64,000 nt of DNA from Candidatus Dojkabacteria bacterium (GCA_016929645.1 JAFGIK010000003.1:6913-70912), one strand, 5' to 3'. Shown: positions 27,896 through 39,800, counted from the first letter of the stretch. A program made the numbers and translations. The notes: generated by a model from the sequence alone, not told the origin.

Positions 27896-28825
27896 ATGAA
27901 AATCAATAAAGCAATAATTACTGCTGCTGGTAGGGGTACTCGATTTCTTCCTGTTGTTAAATCTTATGCTAAGGAAATGGTTCCTGTTATGGAAAAGCCT
28001 CAACTTCAGTATCTTTTTGAGGAGTTGATCGAGGCCGATATTCACGAAATTGCCGTTGTGGTAAGAGAAGGTTCAACCTCACTTCAGGATTACCTTAATG
28101 ATGATGATGACTTATGGGCGTTTCTTAAAGATTCTGGAAAAGAGGAGTTTATGGATAGTTGGAAATTTGTAAAAGAAAACTCTGAAATAAGAATTTTTGA
28201 ACAGAAAAAAACTGACCCCTATGGTAATGGTGTTCCTTTTATAATTGCAAGAGAATTTACTAACAATGAACCTGTTGCTGCTATGTTTGGCGATGGGATG
28301 ATGATTCAATTTGATGAATCTAAACCATCTGTGATATCTCAGATGATTGATTATTATCAAAAATACCTGCCAGTTTCAGTTATGTCTGTGGTCGAAGTCC
28401 CTGCTTCTGAGGTTTCTCGATATGGGATATTTGGTTATTATGGGGAGAACGAAGCAAAGTGCCCATATCATGCAAATCAGTTGATCGAAAAGCCAGAAAT
28501 AGATAAATCTCCATCGAACATGGCAAATGCTGATCATTTTGTATTGAGTCCTGAAGTATTTGAAGAACTTGAAAATAAAATTGAAGGGAAAGGTGGAGAG
28601 ATTTGGCTTACTGATGCAATTTCTCGTCTTATAGGTAAAGGTAAAGTTGTAATTGCTGCACCCTGGGAGGGAAGTACCTGGGTAACAACTGGGGATCCTC
28701 TTAGATGGCTAAAAGCAAATGTTGTTGTTGCTCTTAATAATTCTATATATAAAGATGATATAAAGACTTTTCTTGCGGAGATTTCTGATAGCATTAATTC
28801 CGAAAATATGCCAAAGAATATATGA
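27896..28825 (+). CDS. galU: UTP-glucose-1-phosphate uridylyltransferase-like nucleotidyltransferase
   Basis: KAIITAAGRGTRFLP, KEMVP, LIEKP, GEIWLTDAI. Confidence 0.85.
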   Translation: MKINKAIITAAGRGTRFLPVVKSYAKEMVPVMEKPQLQYLFEELIEADIHEIAVVVREGSTSLQDYLNDDDDLWAFLKDSGKEEFMDSWKFVKENSEIRIFEQKKTDPYGNGVPFIIAREFTNNEPVAAMFGDGMMIQFDESKPSVISQMIDYYQKYLPVSVMSVVEVPASEVSRYGIFGYYGENEAKCPYHANQLIEKPEIDKSPSNMANADHFVLSPEVFEELENKIEGKGGEIWLTDAISRLIGKGKVVIAAPWEGSTWVTTGDPLRWLKANVVVALNNSIYKDDIKTFLAEISDSINSENMPKNI

Positions 28826-28906
28826 CTTCATTTTAATTCAATTTAATTTGACGAAATAGGGGTTTCGCTTTACTATGGATATATATATTTTTGACTATTT
28901 TGAATT

Positions 28907-29290
28907 ATGCCTGGTGATAAGAAAAAAATCTTAATTGCAGAGGATGACAAATCGATTGCGATGGCATTGGAATTGAAGCTAAAGAACGTAGGATTTGATG
29001 TCACAGTTGCTAACGATGGCGCAGAGGCTGTCGAATATCTTTCCAAGACGACTTACGATCTTGCTCTATTAGATCTCATTATGCCAAGGAAAGATGGATT
29101 TACTGTTTTAGAAGAGGTTGATCCTAAAAAATTACAAACCCCAATAATTGTTCTTACAAATCTTAGCTCTCTTGAAGATGAAGAAAAGGCATTGAAATTA
29201 GGTGCGAAAGATTATTTTGTTAAGTCAAATATGAGTCTTTCTGAAATCGTAGATTATATCAATAGATTCTTCACGCATGAAAATAAATGA
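28907..29290 (+). CDS. Single-domain response regulator (receiver only)
   Basis: ILIAEDD, LLDLIMP, VLTN, YFVK. Confidence 0.92.
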   Translation: MPGDKKKILIAEDDKSIAMALELKLKNVGFDVTVANDGAEAVEYLSKTTYDLALLDLIMPRKDGFTVLEEVDPKKLQTPIIVLTNLSSLEDEEKALKLGAKDYFVKSNMSLSEIVDYINRFFTHENK

Positions 29291-30989
29291 TAAGCAGATA
29301 ATTCAGATCCTTCTTGATGGCAATTATATACCCAAAGATGTAGTACCTGATGCAGAGAAATATGCAAAACATGAAGGTGCATCAATTATTGATTATCTTC
29401 TGACTCAGGGTATTTTAAATAAAGATTTGTTAGGCCAGGCAATTGCAGAATTTTATGGAATTCCTTACGCTGATATAAACTCGAATACTCCTACAAGAGA
29501 AACGGTCCTAAAGATTCCGGAAGAAATTGCCAAAAAATATAATGTAGTATTGTTTTCTGTTGATAAGGAAAAGGTTGTTTTTGCTACAGATTCTCCTGCT
29601 AAACCAGGGATTCTTGAGGAATTACAAAGCTATTTTGTAGATAAAGATGACGAAATAGCTCAGAAAGAATTTGCGCTCGCTTACTGTCTTGAGGAGGATA
29701 TCAAGCCTCTTTTTGTTCATTACCGAAAACCATTACAAACTCGATTTTCTGAAATATCAGCTGATGCGAAGTTAACTGCAGCCTCAGATCTTATAGATGA
29801 TATTGTTGATGACGCTTTGGCATACAAATCATCTGATATCCATTTTGAACCACAGAAAAAAGATGTGATTATAAGATTTCGAATTGATGGTATTTTAAGT
29901 GAAGCAGGAAGAATCTCAAAAGCAATCTATGAAAATATATTGAATCGGATAAAAGTGTTGGCAAAGCTTCGTATAGATGAACATTCTGCTGCCCAGGATG
30001 GTGCTATTCGTTATGAGAGAGAGGGTAAATCTGTTGATTTACGTGTATCCGTTGTCCCAATTTATGATGGTGAAAAAATCGCAATTCGTATTTTGTCGAC
30101 TTACATTCAAGGTTTTGGATTGAATGATATTGGTCTTGGACCTGTTCATCAAGATATTTTAACAAAGGCATCAATGAAACCTTTTGGTATGATTCTTGTA
30201 ACAGGACCAACAGGATCTGGAAAAACAACAACATTGTATTCAATACTGAAATCATTAAATTCTCCGGAACGGAATATCACAACAATTGAGGACCCAGTTG
30301 AATATAAAATCGCAGGTGTTAATCAGATACAGGTTAATTCTTTGACTAATCTTACTTTTGCAAAAGGCCTGAGGTCTATTGTCCGTCAGGATCCTGATGT
30401 TATCCTTGTTGGAGAGATTCGAGATGAAGAGACTGCCGAGATTAGTGTGAATGCTGCACTTACTGGGCATCTGCTGCTATCTACTTTTCATGCTAATGAT
30501 GCAGCAACGGCAATTCCTAGGTTAATTGATATGAATATTGAACCGTTCTTATTGTCTTCAACCTTGGAAGTAATAATTGCTCAAAGATTAGTTCGAACAA
30601 TTTGCGAAAAGTGTAGATACAGCTATGAAGTTAATATTGATGATCTTAAGCGAGATTATCCTCAAGCTGCATTTTATTTTAGCGGTAAGAAAACTAATCT
30701 CTATAAAGGTAAAGGTTGTGATAAATGTAATCATACTGGCTATAGCGGCAGAACGGCACTCTTTGAATTTATTGTTGGAAGCAGGACGCTCAGAGATTTA
30801 ATTTTATTGAACCCTTCAGCTCAACAAGTTTGGGATGCTGCGAAAAAGCAAGGTTCCATATCAATGTTTGAAGATGGAATGACTAAGGTAAAAAATGGAT
30901 TAACAACAATTGAAGAAGTTCTTCGTGTTGCAAATCCAGAAGAAATGTCACTATATGCCCCGAAAAAATCAAGAATCAAAAACAAGTAA
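29277..30989 (+). CDS. pilB: Type IV pilus assembly ATPase PilB/GspE family
   Basis: SDIHFEP, GPTGSGKTTT, EDPVEY, RQDPDVILVGEIRD, tetracysteine CEKC and CDKC. Confidence 0.93.
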   Translation: MKINDKQIIQILLDGNYIPKDVVPDAEKYAKHEGASIIDYLLTQGILNKDLLGQAIAEFYGIPYADINSNTPTRETVLKIPEEIAKKYNVVLFSVDKEKVVFATDSPAKPGILEELQSYFVDKDDEIAQKEFALAYCLEEDIKPLFVHYRKPLQTRFSEISADAKLTAASDLIDDIVDDALAYKSSDIHFEPQKKDVIIRFRIDGILSEAGRISKAIYENILNRIKVLAKLRIDEHSAAQDGAIRYEREGKSVDLRVSVVPIYDGEKIAIRILSTYIQGFGLNDIGLGPVHQDILTKASMKPFGMILVTGPTGSGKTTTLYSILKSLNSPERNITTIEDPVEYKIAGVNQIQVNSLTNLTFAKGLRSIVRQDPDVILVGEIRDEETAEISVNAALTGHLLLSTFHANDAATAIPRLIDMNIEPFLLSSTLEVIIAQRLVRTICEKCRYSYEVNIDDLKRDYPQAAFYFSGKKTNLYKGKGCDKCNHTGYSGRTALFEFIVGSRTLRDLILLNPSAQQVWDAAKKQGSISMFEDGMTKVKNGLTTIEEVLRVANPEEMSLYAPKKSRIKNK

Positions 30990-32481
30990 TCTGCAAAGTA
31001 AGTCAAAAAACAAAGCAGATTTAAATAAAACTAAATCTAAAACAGCCTCAAAAGGTTTGTATTCCTATCATTTGTCAGATATTTTGTATATTTTCTCTAA
31101 GGGCAAGGAACGTGATTTCTTTGTAGAACAACTATCAATTCTTCTTTTGTCAGGAATGGATTTACTTGCTTCTTTGATGTCGATACGTGATGAGATGAAA
31201 TCAACGTATATGAAGAATGCGTTGTCGATTGTTGTTGAGGGAGTAGAGAATGGAGCCAGCCTGTGGCAATCGCTTGAGCGTGCCAATATACTTAATCCTC
31301 ATTTTATATCACTTGTTAAGATTGGTGAGAAATCTGGCAAATTGATTGATAATTTGAAAGTTATATCGCTTCAATATCAGAAGGATAAAATGTTTCAATC
31401 AAAGGTTTTGTCAGCGGTTATTTACCCGGCAATTGTTTTGGGTTTAACATTTGTTGTTGCTACTGTTTCTGTTGTCTTTATTCTTCCAAGAATTTCTTTA
31501 ACTTTTGGAAGAATGAATCTTGATTTGAATATTCTTACAAAGACCTTAATGGCAGTTGGGGATTTTGTCTCTGCTCATGGAATTATCGCTATTCCATCCT
31601 TTCTAATATTAACTGTGCTTATGATATATTTTATTTTCTTTTTTTCAAAGACGAAATTTATTGGTCAGTGGATTTTGATGATTTTACCAGGTATAAAAAG
31701 AATGATATTGGAAGTTGAGCTATCAAGGTTTGGTTATGTTGTAGGAACTTTGCTCGATTCTGGAGTTCCTATTGTTGATGTTCTTTCGTTTTTATCATCT
31801 GTTTCAAGCTATGAGGCATACAAGAAATTCTATCGATATCTCAAGGAAAGAGTAGAAAATGGTAATTCATTTAAAAAAGCTTTTTCATCGTATAAACATG
31901 TGGATAGATTATTGCCTTTATCTTTCCAGAACTTAATTATAACTGCAGAGCAAGGAGGAAATCTTTCATTGTCGCTAAAAAAAGTTGGCGAGATATATGA
32001 AGAAAAGCTTGACGTTACAACGAAAAACATGTCTGTAATATTGGAACCTATATTGCTGATTATTGTATGGTTAGGTGTTGTACTTGTCGCACTGGCTGTC
32101 ATTATGCCTATTTATACAATGATAGGAAATGTAGACACGCTTTCTGGTAGTAATACAAATTCCAGCACTGTGGAGACAAGAAATGAAGAAGAAACGCCTA
32201 TCCTGCAGGATGCTCCTGATTCTGAACAAACGACGAATGATGGATCTACCCAAGCTGATTCAGAATCAACAGAACAATTAACTGATACGAAACGCCTTAC
32301 AATACTTGAAACATCTACTGGTTACTTGAATGTTCGAAGTAGTCCTATGGGTGAGGTAATTGGTGAAGTCTATCCTGGTGAAATTTATGAGTATACAGAA
32401 GAACAATCTGGTTGGTACAAGATTGTTGTTTCAGATGAGCTTTCAGGGTGGGTCTCTTCTGAGTATGTTAGTTTATTATAG
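30955..32481 (+). CDS. pilC: PilC/GspF platform protein with C-terminal bacterial SH3 domain
   Basis: GEKSGKL, IYPAIV, EQGGNL, LEPILL; acidic linker, then GYLNVRSSP...GWYKI...GWVSSEYV. Confidence 0.9.
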   Translation: MPRKNQESKTSNLQSKSKNKADLNKTKSKTASKGLYSYHLSDILYIFSKGKERDFFVEQLSILLLSGMDLLASLMSIRDEMKSTYMKNALSIVVEGVENGASLWQSLERANILNPHFISLVKIGEKSGKLIDNLKVISLQYQKDKMFQSKVLSAVIYPAIVLGLTFVVATVSVVFILPRISLTFGRMNLDLNILTKTLMAVGDFVSAHGIIAIPSFLILTVLMIYFIFFFSKTKFIGQWILMILPGIKRMILEVELSRFGYVVGTLLDSGVPIVDVLSFLSSVSSYEAYKKFYRYLKERVENGNSFKKAFSSYKHVDRLLPLSFQNLIITAEQGGNLSLSLKKVGEIYEEKLDVTTKNMSVILEPILLIIVWLGVVLVALAVIMPIYTMIGNVDTLSGSNTNSSTVETRNEEETPILQDAPDSEQTTNDGSTQADSESTEQLTDTKRLTILETSTGYLNVRSSPMGEVIGEVYPGEIYEYTEEQSGWYKIVVSDELSGWVSSEYVSLL

Positions 32482-32492
32482 TCAGAATATCT

Positions 32493-32942
32493 ATGCTTAA
32501 AAGATTTTCCCGAAAAAACGGTTTTACTTTGATAGAGATATTACTTGTAATCTCTCTAATGGGAATTATTTTCATTATTATTACTGGTGTTGATAGATCT
32601 GCAATTATTAGGAACGATCTAATTGTAGCTTCGGATATGGTTGCATCGTCAATTCGTAGAGCGCAGTCTTTGTCTCAAGCTATGCAGCAAGATAGTCAGT
32701 GGGGAGTGAGGATAGTAAATAATCAAATTATTGTTTTTAAAGGTGACTCATATGATACACGGGATTCTATTTATGATGATGTGTATGAGGTTCCAAGTTC
32801 AATATCAATTTCTGGTTTAGATGAGATCATTTTTGCAAAATTGACTGGGGATCCTGATATTACGGGTAGTATTGTTCTAAATACTTCAATTAATCAATCA
32901 AATACCATATCAATAAATGAAAAAGGAATTGTCGATTATTAA
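32493..32942 (+). CDS. Type IV prepilin (FimT/GspH-like minor pilin)
   Basis: Class III signal KNG|FTLIE followed by a hydrophobic helix. Confidence 0.88.
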   Translation: MLKRFSRKNGFTLIEILLVISLMGIIFIIITGVDRSAIIRNDLIVASDMVASSIRRAQSLSQAMQQDSQWGVRIVNNQIIVFKGDSYDTRDSIYDDVYEVPSSISISGLDEIIFAKLTGDPDITGSIVLNTSINQSNTISINEKGIVDY

Positions 32943-35838
32943 AAAAAAATGTAAAAGTGGAGATGATGAAATACAAGTAAGAAACAATTCTGGATTTTCT
33001 ATTGTAGAAGTTATTGTTGGAATCTCTGTCTTTGCTATGATCTCGCTATCTCTTATAAGTGCGTTTATATTTGGGCAAGATTCTATTATCTATTCAGGGA
33101 AGAGAGCACGGGCTACATTTTTAGCACAGGAGGGGATCAACGCAGTAAAATCGATAAGCGGAAAATACTGGAATGTATTAGATTTTGATCAAACTGGTCT
33201 TGAAGCAAACTCAAATCAATGGACATTTCTTGGAGAAGGTACAACTGAAACAATTGGGGATTATCAACGAATAGTCTCTTTTCAAGAAGTTTGTCGTGAC
33301 ACCACGGATTTAATCGTTGATTGTCCGGGTGATTATGTAGATTTACATATGAAGAAAGTTACTGTCTCGATAACATGGCAAGAGCGTGGTATTGAGCAAC
33401 TTGTAGAACGTTCAGCATTAATCAGTACCTGGGATAGTTCAGAATGGAAAGAAGATACAGTGGATGATTTTAGCGATGGTATTTTTAGTGATACTGTTGT
33501 GTCGTCGTATACGGGGGACGGTAATGGTGCTGTATCGCTTGCGTCTACGGGTTTCCTTCCTGGTTGGGAGTGCATTATTCCGACTTATACCTCATATGAT
33601 CTTCCAACCAATAATGATTCTTTTGCGCTAGAAATATTAAGTGGCATTGCATATATTGGACAGGAAGGACTTTTTAGAACTGTTGATGTCTCAAATATTT
33701 CTGCTCCTGTAATTCTAGATACCATAGATGTTGGTGACAGGATAAATAATATCGTTGTTTCTAACGGTTATGCGTATCTTGCTTCAGATGCAAATTCCTC
33801 TGAACTAATTGTTGTAAATGTTAACAATCCTTCAAATCTCAGTATTGCTAGTATGTATGATGCTGACTCTCAGGTTGATGGTCTGGATGTTATTGTGTCT
33901 GGGAATCGTGCTTATCTTGGAACAAGTATCAATACTTCTGGAGGTGTAAGTCCGGAATTCTATATTCTTGATATTACGAATCCAAACTCTGTCACTCTTG
34001 CCAATCCAAATTCTTACTTTGATATGAATGGTTCATGGTCTGCGATTGCTCTTGTCGGTGATTATGTTCTTGTAGGGAGTGATATAAGTAGTTCTGAGCT
34101 TATGGTCCTTGATATATCAGATGAGTCAAATATTATTTTGGCTGGTACATTAGACTTACCTGGAAATCAAAATGTTACCGATCTTTCTGTAAAAGGAAAT
34201 ATTGCGTATGCTTCGCTCTTATCTGGTAACTTACTTTCGATTAATGTAAGTGATTTAAATAATATTTCTGTAATTCAAACACTTTCTTTATCAGGAGCAT
34301 CATTAAATAATGTTTATGTAACAGGGGAACTTGCATTTATTGGTTCAAATGATGGAACTAGCCAATTGTTCATAATTGATGTTAGTAATCCATATGGAAT
34401 GTCTATCAGAAATACGTTTAGTGCGGGAAGTGTTGTGCATTATGCGCATTTTTTTGGTAGCAATGTCTTTCTTGCTACGGGTAATAATGCAGGAGAGTTA
34501 ATGATTCTTTCAGCAACTACGAGTAGTTCATGGACTTGTGTGAATACTGTTGGCACAATTGATATCTCTGGAAATCTTGATGCTCAAAAAGTTTATGTTC
34601 GAAATTTTGGAGGAGTTGATGTTGCTTATATTGCCGCAAGTGATAATCAGATGTATCTATATAATGTTACTAATCCTGCAAGTCCTGTTCTTTTGGACAC
34701 TTTTAATCCAGGTGCAACAATATATGATTTTGTCATTTCTGAAAATTATATGTATCTGGCTACAGCTTCTAATACGAAAGAGTTGATTGTTGTTGATGTC
34801 TCTGACTCTTCGAATATTAGTGAAGTAGGATCATATGATTCCGCTGGGAATACTGATGGGTCTGCAGTCTGGATTAATGGAATAAACTTGTTTTTAGGAA
34901 CTAAAAGTAGCTCTAGTACCGAATTATATGTTTTGAATATTTCTGATCCAGCAAGTGTTCTCTTGGTGTCAGGATTTGAAGTTGGCTCAGATATTAACAG
35001 TATTGATGGTGACGGTAATTATTTATATCTTGGTACAAGTAATAACTCAAAAGAACTTACAATTCTTAACGTTCAAAATCTTTTGAGCATATCAGAGGTT
35101 GGGTCCCTTGATATAGCTAGTAATAATGATACTGTTGATATTGATTTTGATTTCGGATATGTTTATTTGGTTAACGGTAATGGAAATGTTATGTCAATAA
35201 TCAATGTTAATAATCCTTCAGCACCAAACCTTTCAAGTACTTATTCTGCTGGAGGCAGTACATATGGAGTCTTTGTTGCTGGTGATGAAGTTCACTTGTC
35301 AACAGCTGTTGCTGCCAGACAGCATCAGATAATTGATGTTTCGAATAAATCAATACCTGTTTTACTTGGAGAATATTCTACAGAGGGGAATACGAGTTTT
35401 GGATCATATTTATATAATGGTACTGTTTATATTGCTAACGCTAATAATGCTCGTGAAATTTATATGATTCAGCAGAAAAATGTGAGTAGCTCTGGGGGCT
35501 CAGGATATGTATTATCTGGAAGCTATATTTCTTCTCCTTTTTATACTATTGATGGAGTTTCATATCAAATCCTCGAGTGGGATGAAGCCATACCTGTTTG
35601 TTCAACACCTTGTACGATTCAAGTACAGATTCGAGTGGCAGATGATGTGGCTGGTAGTCCTGGTACTTGGTCTTCGTGGTATGGTGTAACTGGAGTCGAT
35701 ACATATTTCGATTTAAGTTCTGGAAATCTATTATCTGTTGATCTAAATAATTATCCTTGGGTTCAATATCAAGTTTCTTTCTCTGGAGATGGGATTGAAA
35801 CACCAGTATTATCAGAGATGCGAATTAGCTATTATTAA
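32917..35838 (+). CDS. Giant prepilin-like protein with LVIVD-repeat beta-propellers (adhesin-like)
   Basis: NSG|FSIVE signal; about 14 repeats of the type YAYLA...LIVVDVSNP. Confidence 0.85.
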   Translation: MKKELSIIKKKCKSGDDEIQVRNNSGFSIVEVIVGISVFAMISLSLISAFIFGQDSIIYSGKRARATFLAQEGINAVKSISGKYWNVLDFDQTGLEANSNQWTFLGEGTTETIGDYQRIVSFQEVCRDTTDLIVDCPGDYVDLHMKKVTVSITWQERGIEQLVERSALISTWDSSEWKEDTVDDFSDGIFSDTVVSSYTGDGNGAVSLASTGFLPGWECIIPTYTSYDLPTNNDSFALEILSGIAYIGQEGLFRTVDVSNISAPVILDTIDVGDRINNIVVSNGYAYLASDANSSELIVVNVNNPSNLSIASMYDADSQVDGLDVIVSGNRAYLGTSINTSGGVSPEFYILDITNPNSVTLANPNSYFDMNGSWSAIALVGDYVLVGSDISSSELMVLDISDESNIILAGTLDLPGNQNVTDLSVKGNIAYASLLSGNLLSINVSDLNNISVIQTLSLSGASLNNVYVTGELAFIGSNDGTSQLFIIDVSNPYGMSIRNTFSAGSVVHYAHFFGSNVFLATGNNAGELMILSATTSSSWTCVNTVGTIDISGNLDAQKVYVRNFGGVDVAYIAASDNQMYLYNVTNPASPVLLDTFNPGATIYDFVISENYMYLATASNTKELIVVDVSDSSNISEVGSYDSAGNTDGSAVWINGINLFLGTKSSSSTELYVLNISDPASVLLVSGFEVGSDINSIDGDGNYLYLGTSNNSKELTILNVQNLLSISEVGSLDIASNNDTVDIDFDFGYVYLVNGNGNVMSIINVNNPSAPNLSSTYSAGGSTYGVFVAGDEVHLSTAVAARQHQIIDVSNKSIPVLLGEYSTEGNTSFGSYLYNGTVYIANANNAREIYMIQQKNVSSSGGSGYVLSGSYISSPFYTIDGVSYQILEWDEAIPVCSTPCTIQVQIRVADDVAGSPGTWSSWYGVTGVDTYFDLSSGNLLSVDLNNYPWVQYQVSFSGDGIETPVLSEMRISYY

Positions 35839-35849
35839 AATTATAAAAT

Positions 35850-36401
35850 ATGAGCGTTAGTAAACCAAAGCAAAAGAAAATAAACAAACAACGAATCTCA
35901 AATAATTTTGGGTTTACTCTAATTGAGACACTTGTGTATATTGCTTTATCTGCAATGATAACTGTTACCATTGTCTTATTTCTTTTGATGATTTTGGGTG
36001 GTCGACAGAGAGCAACAGCAATATCAGAAGTAGACAGTCTGGGCAATCAAATGATGTATCAGCTTGAGTACTCGATCAAAAATTCTGATGGAATAAATTC
36101 TCCATTGCCTGGAGCTTCTGAAGATTCATTGTCGCTAATCTTTGATGATCCTGAACAAAATCCTACGTATTATTATATTGATAATTCGGCACTTGTCGTG
36201 AGTGAAGCTGCTTTGGATTCTGTTAGTCTTACGTCATCAAGAGTTGTTGTCTCTGATGTTTCTTTTACAAATCTTACTCTGAGTAATTCTCCAACAATTA
36301 TAAAAATTCAATTCACAATTACATATAAGAACCCTGATAATCGCAAAGAGCTTGACTATTCTCGAACTTTTTATAATTCTGTATTAGTTAATAATTACTG
36401 A
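35850..36401 (+). CDS. Type IV prepilin (PilW/GspJ-like)
   Basis: NFG|FTLIETLVY signal. Confidence 0.87.
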   Translation: MSVSKPKQKKINKQRISNNFGFTLIETLVYIALSAMITVTIVLFLLMILGGRQRATAISEVDSLGNQMMYQLEYSIKNSDGINSPLPGASEDSLSLIFDDPEQNPTYYYIDNSALVVSEAALDSVSLTSSRVVVSDVSFTNLTLSNSPTIIKIQFTITYKNPDNRKELDYSRTFYNSVLVNNY

Positions 36402-36402
36402 A

Positions 36403-36843
36403 ATGAAAACCTGTCCGACAAATAATAATGAAATAAAGAAATCTTTAAAATTTCCAAACAAGGGGTTTGTTATTTTATCTGCTGTTTTAATAATTGGAAT
36501 TATTTCTTTGTCTGTCACTGTTTCATTACTCTTTTCTGGAATAAATGCTGCCTTATCTGGGCTTACAATAAGTCAATCGTCACGTGCTTCTATTATGGCT
36601 GATACTTGCGCTCAGGAAGCAATGGAAAGAATTCGCAGAGATAGTACATACATTGGAAATGAAACCATTTCGATGGGTGAGGATTCATGCGAAATTCTTC
36701 CTGTTCAAGATCTAGGTGCAGAATCAAGACTGGTTCAAATTCAAGGGAATTCCGGGGAAGTTAATAGAAAGGTTGAGATAAGGATAAGTCAAATAGAACC
36801 AGAAATAAGGGTTGATTACTGGTATGAAGTTGCGGATTTTTAA
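36403..36843 (+). CDS. PilX/GspK-like minor pilin
   Basis: NKG|FVILS lacking Glu5; ADTCAQEA helix. Confidence 0.75.
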   Translation: MKTCPTNNNEIKKSLKFPNKGFVILSAVLIIGIISLSVTVSLLFSGINAALSGLTISQSSRASIMADTCAQEAMERIRRDSTYIGNETISMGEDSCEILPVQDLGAESRLVQIQGNSGEVNRKVEIRISQIEPEIRVDYWYEVADF

Positions 36844-36864
36844 TATTTAGATAAGATAATAAAA

Positions 36865-39800
36865 ATGAATACGTTTAACTCAATACTTCCTGTGATAGCA
36901 ATTATTTGTGTGATGGCACTTCTAGGTTTGTTGTTCGGACAGAAAAAAAAGAATGCACAGGTTCTGAGTCTTATCGCTGCATTAAGTTCTTCTGTTATTT
37001 GGCTGATTTGTGATTTTATGCTGATAAATGTGTTTAATTTTATAAATCAGGCTTTACTTTACAAAGTCACATTAGTATTTGCTGCACTATCAATAATATT
37101 TCTTATGCACTTCTTCATTTCATATTCACGAGTGAAGATTTCGAGTTTTATCAAAGCTATTGTTATTATAATGTTTATATTTTTTGTGGTCATTGATTTA
37201 TTTACAGATACCATTGTAGCTGGTGTGGCAGAGAGTATTGAATTCGGTTCTCAAAACTATATTCCTGGGTCTTTGTATCTTTTGTATATTTTCATGATAA
37301 TGATTCCTCTGCTATCATCGGTTTTTCTGTTAATCAGGAATTATATATATGCCAGGAGAGAAGAAGATAAAAAGTTTTCTAGGATTATGTTTTTATCGAC
37401 GGTTGCTTTTGCTGGTGTTGTTTTTGTGAATTCGGTTATAGTGCCAATGTTTTCGATGCAATCTCCAAGAATTGTCAGTGTAGCTGTTATTTTTCTTGTA
37501 ATAGTATTGTTGATCAGTATTGTTAAGTGGAATATTCTAGGTGTCAGTCTCGGGTTACTTAGTGTTAAAACAAAGATTTTCTTTTCGATTTTTATATTTT
37601 GTCTCGGACTTTTTTCTGTATTGATTATTGTTGCGTATTTTGTATCAAACCTTGTTATGAAAAGTCAGTCCATGACGTTTATTGATCTTTTGTATAAGGG
37701 TAAAAATCAGGATATTGATAATTATGTTGAAAACTATGTTCGGGATATCAAAAAATTTTCGAGTGACGGTGAGATCGTGTTATATTCCAATTCTGATCAA
37801 ATGGTCAAGATTGCCAATTATATTTATAACTCAGATCTTGAAAGCAAGACTGTTGTTGACAAGCTTTCCCAAACAATAGGTGGAGTAGAATTGGTTGTTG
37901 ATAAAGACTTTGAAACAAATCAAATTATTGATTTAAATAGGGCATGGAATAGTTCGTATTGCTGGCATGTTTGTGAAGTAACCGACAATGATCTTAACTT
38001 CTTCCAAGGTGATAGCTATATTGCTCAAAATGGGGAGTTGAGCCAGTGTCTAATTGAATCAATGAGCTCTTGCAACGTATATAGTAACCTTGGTGAATGG
38101 ACATTTAGAAATAACAATGCATATAAGATCGATCCTGTTAATAATTTATATACCAGTATTTTTGTTAGCAAAACTGATGATAATAAGCTTATTTTTCTTA
38201 CGTCAAACGCATATCTGTCATTTGATTCTGATTCACTCTATGCATACGATGATCAAAACACCTTTGCTAACAATCTTGATGAAATTTACGATGTGAAAGA
38301 TACAATGGTTTTCGATGTTGATGGAACTGTTGATTGGTCTTTGAACCATAAATATCTTATTAACGAAAATGTTAATTCAAATATCATAGATAGCAATTTT
38401 TGGCCACAGTTTATTTCAGATGTTGTAAATTCGAAAGAATCAATAATCCAGGTCAATTCTTATATTGATGGAGACTTCAGTGATGTCTTTGTTATTGGGT
38501 ACCCGATTGTTCGTGATGATAGAGTCGTTAAGATAATTGCTGTTGTAGAAGATACCCAGGAAATTGAAAATATTATTGCTCAAAATTTTGATGAAAGAGA
38601 TGATTTGGCAATATATCTCTTAAATTCAGATGGATCAATGCTTTATTCTTCCAGTAATAGATTTATCTCCCATGGGTATGATAAATCAGATATCAATGAA
38701 TTCAGTTGTGATATTGATAGCGATGTGTCGAGTAATCAATATTCTCGTTCTGGTGATCGAATATGGGGTATTTGCGGATTCGATTCAATATTAAATACTT
38801 ATCTCATTATTGAATATCGATTGTCGTTGTCATTTTTAGGCCCATCTTGGTCTGCTTATGTGATGATACTTTTTATATCTGTTGCTTCGCTTTGTATATC
38901 TTCGCTTTCTAATTTTATTGGAAATTATATCTCTGCTCCGATCAAAGATCTGGAAAATGGATGCAAGAAATTATTGAAAGGCGACTTCAGTCATGAATTC
39001 AAAAGTGATTCACAAGATGAAATTGGACAATTGTATCAGTCTTTTGGCAAGTTATCTGGATATATTCACCAAACGCAAGACGAGATAAACGCAAAGATTA
39101 AAGAACAAACAAGATATATTGAGAATCAGAAGAATGAGCTTGAAAATAATCAAAAAGAATTATCATTACTTCTTAAAAATGTTCAAACTGAAAAGGTCAA
39201 AGCACTGAAGGAGAGAAACACAATGAATGCTATCCTGTTCAGCATTGGTGACGGAGTTTTTGTAATTGACCAACATTTCAAGATAGTGATGTTTAACAAA
39301 AAAGCAGAAGATATTTCAGGCTTTAGTTTGGATGATGTTTTAGGGAAGCGTTACGATGAAGTGCTAAAGTTTCTTTTTGAGAAAAGTCGTTCGGTGAATG
39401 ACAATTTTATAAAAAATGCTATATCAGCTAAGGGTGGTAAATATGTAGACGAACCTACTGTTTTAATAAAAAAGAATGGTACAGAAATAGCTGTTTCTAA
39501 TAGTGCGGCTCCAATAAAAAATAAAGCTGGGAAAAAAATTGGATATGTTATTGTATTTCGTGATGTATCAAGGGAGCGTGAAGTTGATAGGATGAAATCA
39601 GAGTTTGTCTCTGTTGCTTCTCATCAGTTGCGAACTCCATTAACTGGGATGAAATGGTATATTGAGCTTTTGGCGGGAAATAATGCAGATAAGCTTAATA
39701 ACGAGCAGATGGATTTTATAAGAAATATTCGTGATAACAATGAGCGAATGATTTCTCTGGTTGATGATTTATTAAATGTTACACGAGTTGAATCAAATAA

